From IMG/VR virus record IMGVR_UViG_3300034283_001314: a stretch of DNA of 64,000 nucleotides; one strand, given 5' to 3'. Made by a program: the position numbers and the translations under genes. Position 1 is the stretch's first letter, and the number at the start of each line of letters is the position of its first letter. Below the pieces are notes generated by a model that was given only the letters and a program-made list of their open reading frames with translations, made no database searches and was not told the origin of the DNA. The DNA comes from a virus (lineage: Duplodnaviria; Heunggongvirae; Uroviricota; Caudoviricetes). Shown here piece after piece: positions 7,854 through 17,455 of this stretch.

Positions 7854-8504
7854 ATGCCGAATTGGTGCTTAAATAGATTGACAGTAAGTGGTGATAAACA
7901 TGAGATTAACAAATTCAAAGAACTTACATTAGTTAAACCGGAGAAAAGTAGTGAACTGAATTTTACTATGGAAGTTTTATATCCTACTCCAACGGAATTA
8001 TTAGAACAAACATCACCTGCAATGTGGCGTGGTGACGAACTGGATGTTGAAGGTAAGTTGGAATTTGAAAAGAAGATAGAAGAAATTAAAGAAAAGTATG
8101 GATATACTGACTGGTATAATTGGAGAGTAGATAAGTGGGGTACTAAATGGGATGCAGCAGAAAGTTGTATATGTGATGATACGGATGAATTATTTGTAGT
8201 AGAATACGATACAGCATGGGCACCTAATATTGCTTGGGTTCAATATGTAGCAAAAGCATTTCCTGCATTACAATTTACTTTGACCTTTGAAGAACCCAGT
8301 ATGAACTTTTGTGGTATATACGAAGTGAAAGGTGAAAATGAGGACCTAATGGAAGGTGAATTAGAATATGTAGATGAAGAAACAGGTAGACAGGTTTACT
8401 ATGATGGTGAAATTGAAAAGTATCGTTATAGTGACACGAATGAAATCGCAGGTACTGAAGATGAAGACTTTTGGCCTGAAATGAGAAACCCTTTTAATAA
8501 CTAA
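7854..8504 (+). CDS. hypothetical protein (N-terminus MPNWCLNRLTVSG)
   Basis: ATG ORF, acidic, with no recognisable motif. Confidence 0.55.
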   Translation: MPNWCLNRLTVSGDKHEINKFKELTLVKPEKSSELNFTMEVLYPTPTELLEQTSPAMWRGDELDVEGKLEFEKKIEEIKEKYGYTDWYNWRVDKWGTKWDAAESCICDDTDELFVVEYDTAWAPNIAWVQYVAKAFPALQFTLTFEEPSMNFCGIYEVKGENEDLMEGELEYVDEETGRQVYYDGEIEKYRYSDTNEIAGTEDEDFWPEMRNPFNN

Positions 8505-8513
8505 ACAAACACA

Positions 8514-9116
8514 ATGGCATTAACTAAAAACGTAACGGCATTCATTAATCATGTGAAAGGACATTGTAAAGAAGTAGGTATTAAATATGATGTTCGTCCT
8601 GTAAAGTATTTGGTATTAAGTGGCAATATAAGATGTAGTGGTTACTTTTGTGAAGAAACTATGAAATTAGTAGTAGCAGGTAAAAGTAAAGATTGGTTGG
8701 GTATATTAGTACACGAATACGCACATCTAACACAATGGCAAGATAAGAGCACTAACATATGGAAAACCGGCTCGACTGGAGTGACAAATTTAGATGATTG
8801 GTTAGGTGGTAAGAAAATTCGTAGTGTTAAGAAAGCAATAGAATGGAGTAGAGATTTAGAATTGGATAATGAGAAACGTGCAGTAAAACTAATTAAAAAA
8901 TGGCAACTACCGGTAGACCTTAACGATTACATTAAAAAAGCAAACGCATATATTCAGTTCTACAATTATATGAGATACTCAAAGAGATGGAGTAGACCAG
9001 GCAACGCACCATATAGTAACAAAGCTATTTATGAAGCGATGCCACCTAATTTTAGAATGAACTACAAAAAAATGAGTGACAAGTATTTAAAATTATACAA
9101 AGAACAAAATATATAA
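8514..9116 (+). CDS. putative HExxH zinc metallopeptidase-like protein (DUF955/ImmA-like)
   Basis: 'ILVHEYAHLTQW' carries the HExxH motif. Confidence 0.4.
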   Translation: MALTKNVTAFINHVKGHCKEVGIKYDVRPVKYLVLSGNIRCSGYFCEETMKLVVAGKSKDWLGILVHEYAHLTQWQDKSTNIWKTGSTGVTNLDDWLGGKKIRSVKKAIEWSRDLELDNEKRAVKLIKKWQLPVDLNDYIKKANAYIQFYNYMRYSKRWSRPGNAPYSNKAIYEAMPPNFRMNYKKMSDKYLKLYKEQNI

Positions 9117-9134
9117 AGATTTTTTTTAAAACGA

Positions 9135-9160
9135 AGTGGAGACACCACTATAAAAATTGA
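9135..9160 (+). promoter_or_regulatory. conserved hairpin plus A-rich element (second copy)
   Basis: AGTGG-agaca-CCACT followed by ATAAAAATTG, 21 nt before the ATG at 9170. Confidence 0.35.
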
Positions 9161-9169
9161 ATTATAAAC

Positions 9170-10453
9170 ATGGCTAAAACCAAAAAAACCGGACCTGTAT
9201 CCATTAGGCAACTGACAGGTGGTAAAAAGGGAGAACCAATTATTCCTAAAATAACTGCTCCAATAGGGAGTTATGAATTGGTAGACATTAATGAAGTATT
9301 GGATAATCCAGGACAAGTGATTTATGTAGATACATCACGTGAATTAGGTGAAACTCCACAAGAAGCATTAATTAATCATTATGCAACACTTGCAGAAAGT
9401 ATAGAACAAACTGGATTAGAACAAATACCTGTTGTCTTTAGGTTTAAAGATGGGACACTATGTTTTAAGTCCGGTATGACAAGACGAGAGGTGTTAAGAC
9501 GTATGGGAGCAACTCATATACCAATAACGATTATTGATAGAATGGATATTACATACGATGAATATACAAATAGTCCAGAACATTGGTTTGACAAATACAC
9601 CGATACAGCATCCTCTAATATTATGGATACTGAAAGGAAAAAGGAGATTAATCAGTATAAACAAATGCTGGTAATAGAAGATGATCATAAAAAGAAATTT
9701 GGTAAACCATTATCAATTGATAATTTTAATAAAGCACTTACAATGACTGGATTAACACAGGATTTGTATGATAAGTTTCAGGCGGTACAAACCGAATGGC
9801 CAGAAATGTATGACAAATTGTTAATATTAAAAAAGACAGTTATACCAGCTTATAAAGAACTTTTACAAAAGAGAAAGCAACAAGCTAAAACAAAGAAAGC
9901 AAATCCTGCAGGATTTGGATTAGTAGATAAACAAATTATGAAAAAAATCCTAAATGCAGTAGCGGGATTAATGTTTGAATTGAATGAAGTAAAACTAATG
10001 ACGAATGGTTTAAATCATGATTTCTTAAACTTAATTCAAACTAATATTAGAGGTGGATTATTACATGAAGCAATTGTTCATTCATTTAAACACATTATGA
10101 ATGATGCAAACCCAGACCATTCATGGGAAGCATATGATAATATGACATATGATTTATTAAGTACCGGTATTGGACTTGAAATTGATGTTAAAACAAGAAT
10201 CTTAGGTAGTAAAGATTGGACATGTAAAGCAAACAATATTAAAAGTGGATTTTATCTATTTGTTGAAGCAAATGATGATATGACACAATGGTTTGTAGCA
10301 TATGGATATACTAAAGCAGAGGATTGGGATAAGAAAAATACAATGGGCATGTATAATACTAAAACTTTAGCAAAGAATATCGGTAAGAATATGAATATAC
10401 TTATTGGTAATATTGACAGTAAAGGAAAATTATATACACATCCAATTCAATAG
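9170..10453 (+). CDS. ParB/sulfiredoxin-like N-terminal domain protein
   Basis: N-terminal segment '...IPVVFRF.DGTL.FKSGMTRREVLRRMG' resembles the ParB nuclease-domain GxRR box. The C-terminus is unknown. Confidence 0.4.
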   Translation: MAKTKKTGPVSIRQLTGGKKGEPIIPKITAPIGSYELVDINEVLDNPGQVIYVDTSRELGETPQEALINHYATLAESIEQTGLEQIPVVFRFKDGTLCFKSGMTRREVLRRMGATHIPITIIDRMDITYDEYTNSPEHWFDKYTDTASSNIMDTERKKEINQYKQMLVIEDDHKKKFGKPLSIDNFNKALTMTGLTQDLYDKFQAVQTEWPEMYDKLLILKKTVIPAYKELLQKRKQQAKTKKANPAGFGLVDKQIMKKILNAVAGLMFELNEVKLMTNGLNHDFLNLIQTNIRGGLLHEAIVHSFKHIMNDANPDHSWEAYDNMTYDLLSTGIGLEIDVKTRILGSKDWTCKANNIKSGFYLFVEANDDMTQWFVAYGYTKAEDWDKKNTMGMYNTKTLAKNIGKNMNILIGNIDSKGKLYTHPIQ

Positions 10454-10460
10454 AAACAAA

Positions 10461-10487
10461 GGGGGACAGAAATGTTCCCCTTTTTTT
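10461..10487 (+). terminator. rho-independent terminator
   Basis: GGGGGACA-gaaa-TGTTCCCC followed by T7. Confidence 0.65.
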
Positions 10488-10519
10488 GTTAATCACATTA
10501 TTTATTAGTATATTTAAGT

Positions 10520-10804
10520 ATGGAATTTAATAAGACAGATGAGGAACTAAAACAAATGTCAGATGATGAATTGTTTGCTTATTTAGATGCCAAAGCAGCA
10601 CATTTAAAGAAGTATACTGCACCCTTAAGCAATTGGCATGTTAAACGATATTCTCACATTGGAGAAGCAGTAAGTAAAACGGATAGAGGAACGGATGAAG
10701 TGTTCGCAGATGGGTTGTATGATAGTTTAAAACCGATTATAGAGGCAAATGATAGTGAATCATTTAATAGAATGGCAGATAAAATTAAAAAGAGAAATAA
10801 ATAA
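10520..10804 (+). CDS. hypothetical protein
   Basis: ATG ORF after a terminator. Confidence 0.5.
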   Translation: MEFNKTDEELKQMSDDELFAYLDAKAAHLKKYTAPLSNWHVKRYSHIGEAVSKTDRGTDEVFADGLYDSLKPIIEANDSESFNRMADKIKKRNK

Positions 10805-10989
10805 TGGGATTTAATCACTGTCACATACCTAATATCTCAGCAGTAATGTGGGAATTAGAAACACATGGAATTGAAAAGTTTGTAAAATTATATACATCCT
10901 ATGATTCCTATGGTGGTGATAGTGAAGCAATACAATTTATAGAACAAACATTAAAACAATATTATGAGCAAGCAACAACTATCAACTAA
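10804..10989 (+). CDS. hypothetical protein
   Basis: Short ORF with a start overlapping the upstream stop (TAATG). Confidence 0.4.
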   Translation: MGFNHCHIPNISAVMWELETHGIEKFVKLYTSYDSYGGDSEAIQFIEQTLKQYYEQATTIN

Positions 10990-11257
10990 TGAACCAATTG
11001 ATGTTACACATGATGAAGATTATGTATATGAACAATATCTAACACAAGAAAAATTGAATGAGGAGTATTGGCAGCATAAGGCAAATGAAACTATTGAAAC
11101 TATTAATTCAATATACGATAATAGATTTTGTTATGCAGATGTAATTGCCGCGGTTATGGAAGTGACAGGTGATGAAGAATTTACAGAATCAGTAGGAAAT
11201 AAGTTGAATGAATTGTATGTTAGGAGATTGACATTTGATGCATACCAAAATAAATAA
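10964..11257 (+). CDS. hypothetical protein
   Basis: ATG ORF. Confidence 0.45.
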   Translation: MSKQQLSTNEPIDVTHDEDYVYEQYLTQEKLNEEYWQHKANETIETINSIYDNRFCYADVIAAVMEVTGDEEFTESVGNKLNELYVRRLTFDAYQNK

Positions 11258-11259
11258 TT

Positions 11260-11679
11260 ATGGGTTACAATAGATTTAGATGGTGGACAAAAGGAAAGAA
11301 AAAGAATCCTTTACCGGAACATTATCCATTATCACAAAAAATTCAGAATGGTGATTATGATTATTCGTATATGTTTGCAGAAGCTAAAGAGATGAGAGAT
11401 ACTGCTCAGAAAGTATATCAACAAACATACGATAACTATGGTGGAACTGATGAAAAGAATAGGATTGAAGTTTCGTTAGAAGCATCTCAAATGAAAAGAA
11501 TAAAAGCAATTAAGTTGGAGTTAGAAGCTAACAAAGATGAGCAGAATATACTTTACAAATTGAGGAGAGATTTAACTAAAACATTCGGTATAGATTTGTG
11601 GAATGAGGCAATGGAAAAAGTAGATGGTGATTTATTAGATTTATATACTTACTATAAAAAGAATGCAGTTAAAGATTAA
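11260..11679 (+). CDS. hypothetical protein
   Basis: ATG ORF. Confidence 0.5.
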   Translation: MGYNRFRWWTKGKKKNPLPEHYPLSQKIQNGDYDYSYMFAEAKEMRDTAQKVYQQTYDNYGGTDEKNRIEVSLEASQMKRIKAIKLELEANKDEQNILYKLRRDLTKTFGIDLWNEAMEKVDGDLLDLYTYYKKNAVKD

Positions 11680-12913
11680 GTTTTCAGAAATAAGAGGTGA
11701 CTTTGGCATTAAGGATTTAGATCTCTACTCAACGGAAAGTAGAGAATCATATATCCGACAAGGTCACATGAAACAATTTATATTTTCAGTTCAGAAATAC
11801 GGAGATATAGAATTTATAGAGGATGAGGAAGTATATTGTTTATTTTATACTGAATCAATTTCATCTGCAATACCTCACTTTATCAATTTAGATAAGAGTA
11901 AGGATATATTACATAAACTTAGGACCGGTGTTATAAAGAAGTTCATATTCTATGGTGAGGATATGGACTTTCTTACTGTCGCTGGTCCTGTGCCAGGATT
12001 AGTTCAACAATTAAACCATTTCTTTGGTGAGCATATTGATAAGGTTTGGATTAGTATAGCTAGTAAAAACTGGTCGCATGATTGGGGTAATATTAATGTG
12101 GTATATAACTTAGGATGTTTACCTTACTTTATTGAGAACAATATTGAAAAGATAGAGGAGGAAAATATCATAGTAGATAGTTCTAAAGCAGAAAAGCATT
12201 TTTATACAACCAACAATCAACCGAGAGAAGCTAGGATGCATTTGTATAAGCACTTATTGGATAATAGGATGATGAGTAAGTGTGAAGCAAGTTTCTTTTT
12301 TAGATATTGGGATGATGGAAAGAAGTATATTACATATAGTGACAGAGAAAGAGATGGTGCAAAGAAATTACTACCAGATATAGATGATGAATTTCAGTTT
12401 CCTGTTAGAGTATTTGAGAATGAATTAGAGGGTGGACACTATTATAATTGTAAGTGGGTAAACTTTGAAAAGAACAATAATGCATTGATAGATGTTGTAA
12501 TAGAAACCTTAAGTGATGGTGTTGATTTTTGTTCACTTACCGAAAAGACATTTAGACCTATTATATGTAAGAAACCATTTTTAGTATTTGGTTCAGCCGG
12601 TCTATATAGAGGATTAGAGGAAATGGGATTCAAACTATTTCCAGGATTATATGATGCTGATATATTAGATGATACTACTGAATTTAACGAGATAATGGAT
12701 GAGTTACGACATGAGGATAATGCAAAGGTAGTTTTCTATGAGAGGAGATTTAATAAGTTTCTAAAGATATTAGATAGATTAGCAGAAATGGATATAGAAC
12801 AATTAAGAGAATTAGTAGATGAAACTTGGTTTAATTGTGAGTATAATTATAACGTCTTATTACACATAATTAAAAAAGAAAAAGAGGATACTATTAAGTT
12901 GTTTTCATTATGA
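11663..12913 (+). CDS. putative glycosyltransferase, fucosyltransferase-like (GT10-type motif)
   Basis: C-terminal 'VVIETLSD...SLTEKTFRPIICKKPFLVFG...FKLFPG' parallels the GT10 'FxFENS...YxTEK...IPIYWG' motif. Four paralogs exist in the window. Confidence 0.45.
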   Translation: MQLKIKFSEIRGDFGIKDLDLYSTESRESYIRQGHMKQFIFSVQKYGDIEFIEDEEVYCLFYTESISSAIPHFINLDKSKDILHKLRTGVIKKFIFYGEDMDFLTVAGPVPGLVQQLNHFFGEHIDKVWISIASKNWSHDWGNINVVYNLGCLPYFIENNIEKIEEENIIVDSSKAEKHFYTTNNQPREARMHLYKHLLDNRMMSKCEASFFFRYWDDGKKYITYSDRERDGAKKLLPDIDDEFQFPVRVFENELEGGHYYNCKWVNFEKNNNALIDVVIETLSDGVDFCSLTEKTFRPIICKKPFLVFGSAGLYRGLEEMGFKLFPGLYDADILDDTTEFNEIMDELRHEDNAKVVFYERRFNKFLKILDRLAEMDIEQLRELVDETWFNCEYNYNVLLHIIKKEKEDTIKLFSL

Positions 12914-14016
12914 TTGTAAGATGTTTTAAATATGAACCAAATAGTGAATTAGTTTTCAATGAACAACCACAGTTAGATAATTACCATATTAAACTAAAAC
13001 AGGATGAAGATGTCTTAGTAATTCACATAATGGATAATTCGCCAAATCCAAACATTAATCTAATTGAGGAATTTATTAGAAAAATAAACATCAACAAAGT
13101 AGTAATAGATTTTACATCAGTTGAGTGTTATGTTCAAAAAAGTGTAGTAGAAGAATTAGAAAAGAGATTAGCTCGTTTCACACTTAGAATATTGACAGTT
13201 AATATTGTTAATAACGAATACAAATCACATATCTTTTTTCCTACACATGCATTTCAATTATTACATAAATTTGATGAATTAATTGATCCTATATTTGAAA
13301 TACAAACAAAGGTTTTAGCTACAAAGAAACGATTAAAGAAGTATCTATTTTTAAATCACCATCTTAGAACGGAGAGGTTTAAGATATTTGAATCATTATA
13401 TAAAAACAATAACCTAAATGATGGTTTGGTTAGTTTTAATTGGACGTTAGAACATAACGAATTTGTAGCATCACAATATTCGGTATCTATGGATGATTTA
13501 GAATACATCAAAAATTCAGATGCATATTCTATACTACCTATTGAATTGGATGGTAGTAATGAAATAGCACGTACATTTGATAATAATATAACAGGTATAC
13601 AAAATCCTGTCTATTTCTCACCACCTAATACAAACATTACACATTACTTTAATGTATACTTTGAAATAATAACTGAAGGATTTAGTAGTAATACACCATT
13701 TCATCCGTATGTCGATAGAACAAATCTATTGCATTATTCCGAAAAGATTTACAAACCATTATTATTCGGTGTTCCCTTTTGTTTTTGGGGACCGGAAAAT
13801 ACATTAGAGGAATTTAAAAAGTATTTAGGATTTAAGTTTGATTGTCCATTATACTATTCAAATGTTGGATATGATTTAAACCAATTTTGTGATAAAGTAA
13901 ACGAATTATCTAACTTATCATATAAAGAATTACACACATTGTATTATCAGTATATTGATGATATTAAACATAACCAACAAACATTAATAAACTATTTAAA
14001 AAACATAACAATATGA
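12910..14016 (+). CDS. putative glycosyltransferase, fucosyltransferase-like (GT10-type motif)
   Basis: 'YFEIITEG...HYSEKIYKPLLFGVPFCFWG' matches the FEN(S)/TEK/IPIYWG-like pattern. Confidence 0.45.
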   Translation: MIVRCFKYEPNSELVFNEQPQLDNYHIKLKQDEDVLVIHIMDNSPNPNINLIEEFIRKININKVVIDFTSVECYVQKSVVEELEKRLARFTLRILTVNIVNNEYKSHIFFPTHAFQLLHKFDELIDPIFEIQTKVLATKKRLKKYLFLNHHLRTERFKIFESLYKNNNLNDGLVSFNWTLEHNEFVASQYSVSMDDLEYIKNSDAYSILPIELDGSNEIARTFDNNITGIQNPVYFSPPNTNITHYFNVYFEIITEGFSSNTPFHPYVDRTNLLHYSEKIYKPLLFGVPFCFWGPENTLEEFKKYLGFKFDCPLYYSNVGYDLNQFCDKVNELSNLSYKELHTLYYQYIDDIKHNQQTLINYLKNITI

Positions 14017-14417
14017 CAGAAAGAAAGTATTTACCAACCCTAAGTGAATTAATTGATAGATTAAGTATCGTTCAATTAAAAGAAGTATTTATTGCAGAAC
14101 ATAAAGCAGAATACGGACAGGAAATTAAAGATATAGTAAATGATATTCAAATTTTATTAGATGAGAATAAAAGTGTAGTGACCGCAGAAACTATTAGAGC
14201 AATTGTAGTATTATCACAAATGAACTTACATATTTGGCACAACGAATCAAACTATCGTAAGGGAATTAGAGATGGCAACAATTTAGAATTAACACATGGT
14301 ATCAACGGAATTAGAAATACTGCAAAGAATAAGATACAAGAAGTTAATGGTGGTAGAAAAGATTACAAGATAGATTGTTTAGCAGCAGAATTTAAGGATT
14401 GGGAGATTTCTTGGTAA
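14013..14417 (+). CDS. hypothetical protein
   Basis: ATG ORF overlapping the upstream stop. Confidence 0.5.
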   Translation: MTERKYLPTLSELIDRLSIVQLKEVFIAEHKAEYGQEIKDIVNDIQILLDENKSVVTAETIRAIVVLSQMNLHIWHNESNYRKGIRDGNNLELTHGINGIRNTAKNKIQEVNGGRKDYKIDCLAAEFKDWEISW

Positions 14418-14474
14418 AATAACCCAAAAATAGGGTAATATATTACAAAAAATCGTAATATTAACCCATTTTCA

Positions 14475-14590
14475 CAACTCATTGATTATCAACAAGTTAT
14501 AACTTATTGGTTTTCAATGGGTTATCTATGTCTATTAGATTTTTTTTATATATGAAAAAAACATATGCGTAACTGATTGATCCTCAATAA
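14475..14590. repeat. dyad operator-like repeat cassette (nearly identical to 22093-22205)
   Basis: 'aactcattgattatcaacaagttataacttattggttttcaatgggttat' plus 'gcgtaactgattgatcctcaat', about 50 nt of which are shared nearly verbatim with the cassette at 22.1 kb. Confidence 0.6.
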
Positions 14591-14619
14591 AAACTTTTAA
14601 AAATAGTTCAAAAATAGCA

Positions 14620-14649
14620 TTGTTAGTCAAAAATATCGTCGTATCTTTG
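14620..14649 (+). promoter_or_regulatory. Bacteroidetes-type promoter (GTCGTATCTTTG class)
   Basis: TTG at 14620-14622 and TATCTTTG at 14642-14649. The flanking 'cattgttagtc...aaa' is shared with the promoter at 22.2 kb. Confidence 0.5.
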
Positions 14650-14694
14650 GGTATATCCCAACAATGAGGGACTGGTATATAAAAAAATTATAAT

Positions 14695-15540
14695 ATGAAT
14701 ACAATGAAATTTACAACAATCGGTAATGCTAAAAAGGTAACGGGTTTATCTTATTTAGGTAGTGTAGCAAGTAGTTCAAAAATTGCTAAAGGTTTAAAGT
14801 ACAATGAAATGACTTACATTTTGTATCTTGCTCCTGCTGAACAAAGTGGTTACAATGTTTGTCCTGGTTCAACGGCTGAATGCAGAGAAGCTTGTTTAAC
14901 TGAAAGTGGACACAATAGAATTGATGTTAAGAAAAATGCAATCAACAAAGCTCGTATCAAAAAAACTAAATTGTTCTTTGAGCATAGAGAGTTCTTTATG
15001 GGTTGGTTAGTAACTGAAATTAATAAAGCTAGAAACGATGCCTTTGCTAAAGGATATACATTTTCAGTTCGTTTAAATGGGACATCGGATATTCAACCAA
15101 CATTATTTAAATTCAATGGTAAGGTGATTTTTGATGTATTTAACGAAGTGACATTTTATGATTATACTAAGGTTGCTAATCGTTTTAAGTTATTAAATAA
15201 GTATTCTAACTATGATTTAACTTATTCTTTTAGTGGTTACAATATGTTACAATCATTGGAGTTATTAGAAAATAATAAAGGTAGAGTTGCAATGGTATTT
15301 GAAGGTAAACAATTACCCAAATCATTTATGGGTTACAAAGTAATTGATGGTGATGAATACGATATGAGACACTTAGATGAGACGGGTGTAATTGTAGGAT
15401 TGAAGTTTAAGTTTGTTAGAACAAAGATTGATACTGCACATAACAAATTCATTATCCCTATGGATAGCAAGTTTAGTGTGTATGATGTAAACCCTTTGAT
15501 AACAAAAGCTGCTCAAAATAAATTGGCATTAGCTAAGTAA
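14695..15540 (+). CDS. hypothetical protein
   Basis: ATG ORF, first gene after the promoter. It contains a 'CPGSTAECREAC' Cys cluster. Confidence 0.55.
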   Translation: MNTMKFTTIGNAKKVTGLSYLGSVASSSKIAKGLKYNEMTYILYLAPAEQSGYNVCPGSTAECREACLTESGHNRIDVKKNAINKARIKKTKLFFEHREFFMGWLVTEINKARNDAFAKGYTFSVRLNGTSDIQPTLFKFNGKVIFDVFNEVTFYDYTKVANRFKLLNKYSNYDLTYSFSGYNMLQSLELLENNKGRVAMVFEGKQLPKSFMGYKVIDGDEYDMRHLDETGVIVGLKFKFVRTKIDTAHNKFIIPMDSKFSVYDVNPLITKAAQNKLALAK

Positions 15541-15541
15541 T

Positions 15542-15679
15542 ATGAAAACACATTATGAAAGAACTATCAAACGTACCGAACAAAAAGAAGCGGGTGCATT
15601 TGATGGTAGGTATAAACAAAAGATTGTACCTAACAAAAAAAGAAAAGCCGCTAAATTGTGGGCTCGTAAAAACAAATAA
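15542..15679 (+). CDS. small basic protein (45 aa)
   Basis: ATG 2 nt after the upstream stop. The protein is K/R-rich. Confidence 0.3.
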   Translation: MKTHYERTIKRTEQKEAGAFDGRYKQKIVPNKKRKAAKLWARKNK

Positions 15680-15690
15680 AATATAAAGAT

Positions 15691-15903
15691 ATGAAATTAG
15701 AATTGAATTTATTGGAATTGAATCAGTTGTATTATGCAACTAGTAAGTTAGTAGAACAAAATGAGTCTCACTTAAAAGAGTTGGGTACAAATATTAGTAG
15801 TATAGAATACTTTACTAATGAATTAAATAAATCAGTAGTGTTGAGAAATAAAATACAAACTAGTTTGTATGATGAAGTTAATAAATTAGATAACATAGAT
15901 TAA
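15691..15903 (+). CDS. hypothetical protein
   Basis: ATG ORF. Confidence 0.45.
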   Translation: MKLELNLLELNQLYYATSKLVEQNESHLKELGTNISSIEYFTNELNKSVVLRNKIQTSLYDEVNKLDNID

Positions 15904-15914
15904 ATAATAATATT

Positions 15915-16262
15915 ATGAGAGTAACTGATGAAAAAGCAATAGAGTATCTTAATGGTAACCCTATTGTAAAAAAGTTTATAGATGAAGTAAATGAAAAAAG
16001 AAAAGAATACTATAAAGGTAATTCTTTTATGGATGGAAAAACGGATTTGATTATTGAGATAGGTAACAAATATATTCGTTTATGGAGTGGGACTAGTTGT
16101 TGGGGTTTTATTAGTAGAGTGGATGGCGATTTGAAAGGTGCACCGATTAAGAAAGGTGATTTATTAAAACCAGCAACTTGGAAAGCACCAGCAAAACACG
16201 CTAGAGGTAACATAATAGATGGTACAGCAAGATGGAGTGAATACGGACCTGAATATCTTTAA
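15915..16262 (+). CDS. hypothetical protein
   Basis: ATG ORF. Confidence 0.5.
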   Translation: MRVTDEKAIEYLNGNPIVKKFIDEVNEKRKEYYKGNSFMDGKTDLIIEIGNKYIRLWSGTSCWGFISRVDGDLKGAPIKKGDLLKPATWKAPAKHARGNIIDGTARWSEYGPEYL

Positions 16263-16339
16263 TTAAAACAAACTATATGAATAGATTTATACCCTGGTAT
16301 CCAATCAACGAAGTAATTAAAAACATTAAAAGATAATAT

Positions 16340-17026
16340 ATGAGTATCAATAGAACAAAAAACTTTATAGCAACTATCCCAATGAAAAGTGAGGAGCAGG
16401 TTATAGAAATTAAAAAAGTATTAGAACAAATCTTTGGTTGGGTAGTATTGAAAGGTCGTCATAGTGACAGAAAATCCGTAGTTAAGAATTGGATGAAGTG
16501 GAAACAAAATGATGTACCTTGGAGATTAGCTCAGTATATTGATGTTTACTTACATCCTAAGAATCCAAACTATAATAGTACGAAAGGTATTCATAGACAG
16601 AATATGAAGTTAAATGATAATAGTGTTATTACTGCTCGTATGTTAGGTAATATGAAATTGAGTTTTGCAGATGGGCATTACAATACGATACAAAGTAAAG
16701 GTGGTACACCATATCAAGTAATAATGAATATGCATAACAAAACTTATCATAAAGTTGTAGTGACACAAACACCGAAAGTTCACCGAAATTCTAAAAAACC
16801 TTATGGTATGGTTGCTAAACAAATATGGCAGTTTATGAAAGTTAGACATGATGCTAGTTTTACCGAAATAAAAACTTATTATGATGTTGATATTAGAGGT
16901 AACAAAACTATGATTGATGGTGGTAGTTTTATTCATCATCACCAATCATTAAGAAAACCATCAACAAAGAGAGGTTGGTATTTAGCTAAAAAACCAAATG
17001 GTAGATACACATTAAATGTATGTTAA
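16340..17026 (+). CDS. hypothetical protein
   Basis: ATG ORF. Confidence 0.55.
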   Translation: MSINRTKNFIATIPMKSEEQVIEIKKVLEQIFGWVVLKGRHSDRKSVVKNWMKWKQNDVPWRLAQYIDVYLHPKNPNYNSTKGIHRQNMKLNDNSVITARMLGNMKLSFADGHYNTIQSKGGTPYQVIMNMHNKTYHKVVVTQTPKVHRNSKKPYGMVAKQIWQFMKVRHDASFTEIKTYYDVDIRGNKTMIDGGSFIHHHQSLRKPSTKRGWYLAKKPNGRYTLNVC

Positions 17027-17027
17027 T

Positions 17028-17231
17028 ATGAAAACATTTATAGTAATTTATTTAGTGTTAATGTTACCGGTAATCGGACAAGCACATACACTAATGAAAC
17101 AAAATATAACTGAGCAAGTTAGAAATACCTTCATCTATAATTTTAGAGTGTTTATAGTATTAATATTCTATACTCCGAGATGGTGGTGGTTATTCTTTAT
17201 AGGATTGATTGATAAATTTAAAAATAAATAA
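17028..17231 (+). CDS. small membrane protein
   Basis: Two predicted TM helices. The ATG at 17028 follows the upstream stop directly; the ORF-track start at 17016 overlaps the upstream gene. Confidence 0.4.
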   Translation: MKTFIVIYLVLMLPVIGQAHTLMKQNITEQVRNTFIYNFRVFIVLIFYTPRWWWLFFIGLIDKFKNK

Positions 17232-17232
17232 A

Positions 17233-17454
17233 ATGGCAATATACAACAATGAGATTGACCCAAATATAATAATGTGGGAGCAATTAGAAAAAGAAAGAAA
17301 CGAAACAATAGCAACACTAGAGTTTCAAGAATGGATGAAAGAATTAAATGTTTCTCAATCATATGAGGACCCTACATTAAAACATAATGCAGGTGATTTG
17401 ATGAGACAGTACGATATGAAAAAATATTCTAAATTAAACTTTAAACAAAACTAA
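17233..17454 (+). CDS. hypothetical protein
   Basis: Internal ATG (MAIYNN...) lies just after the upstream stop and is preferred over the overlapping track start at 17209. Confidence 0.45.
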   Translation: MAIYNNEIDPNIIMWEQLEKERNETIATLEFQEWMKELNVSQSYEDPTLKHNAGDLMRQYDMKKYSKLNFKQN

Positions 17455-17455
17455 T

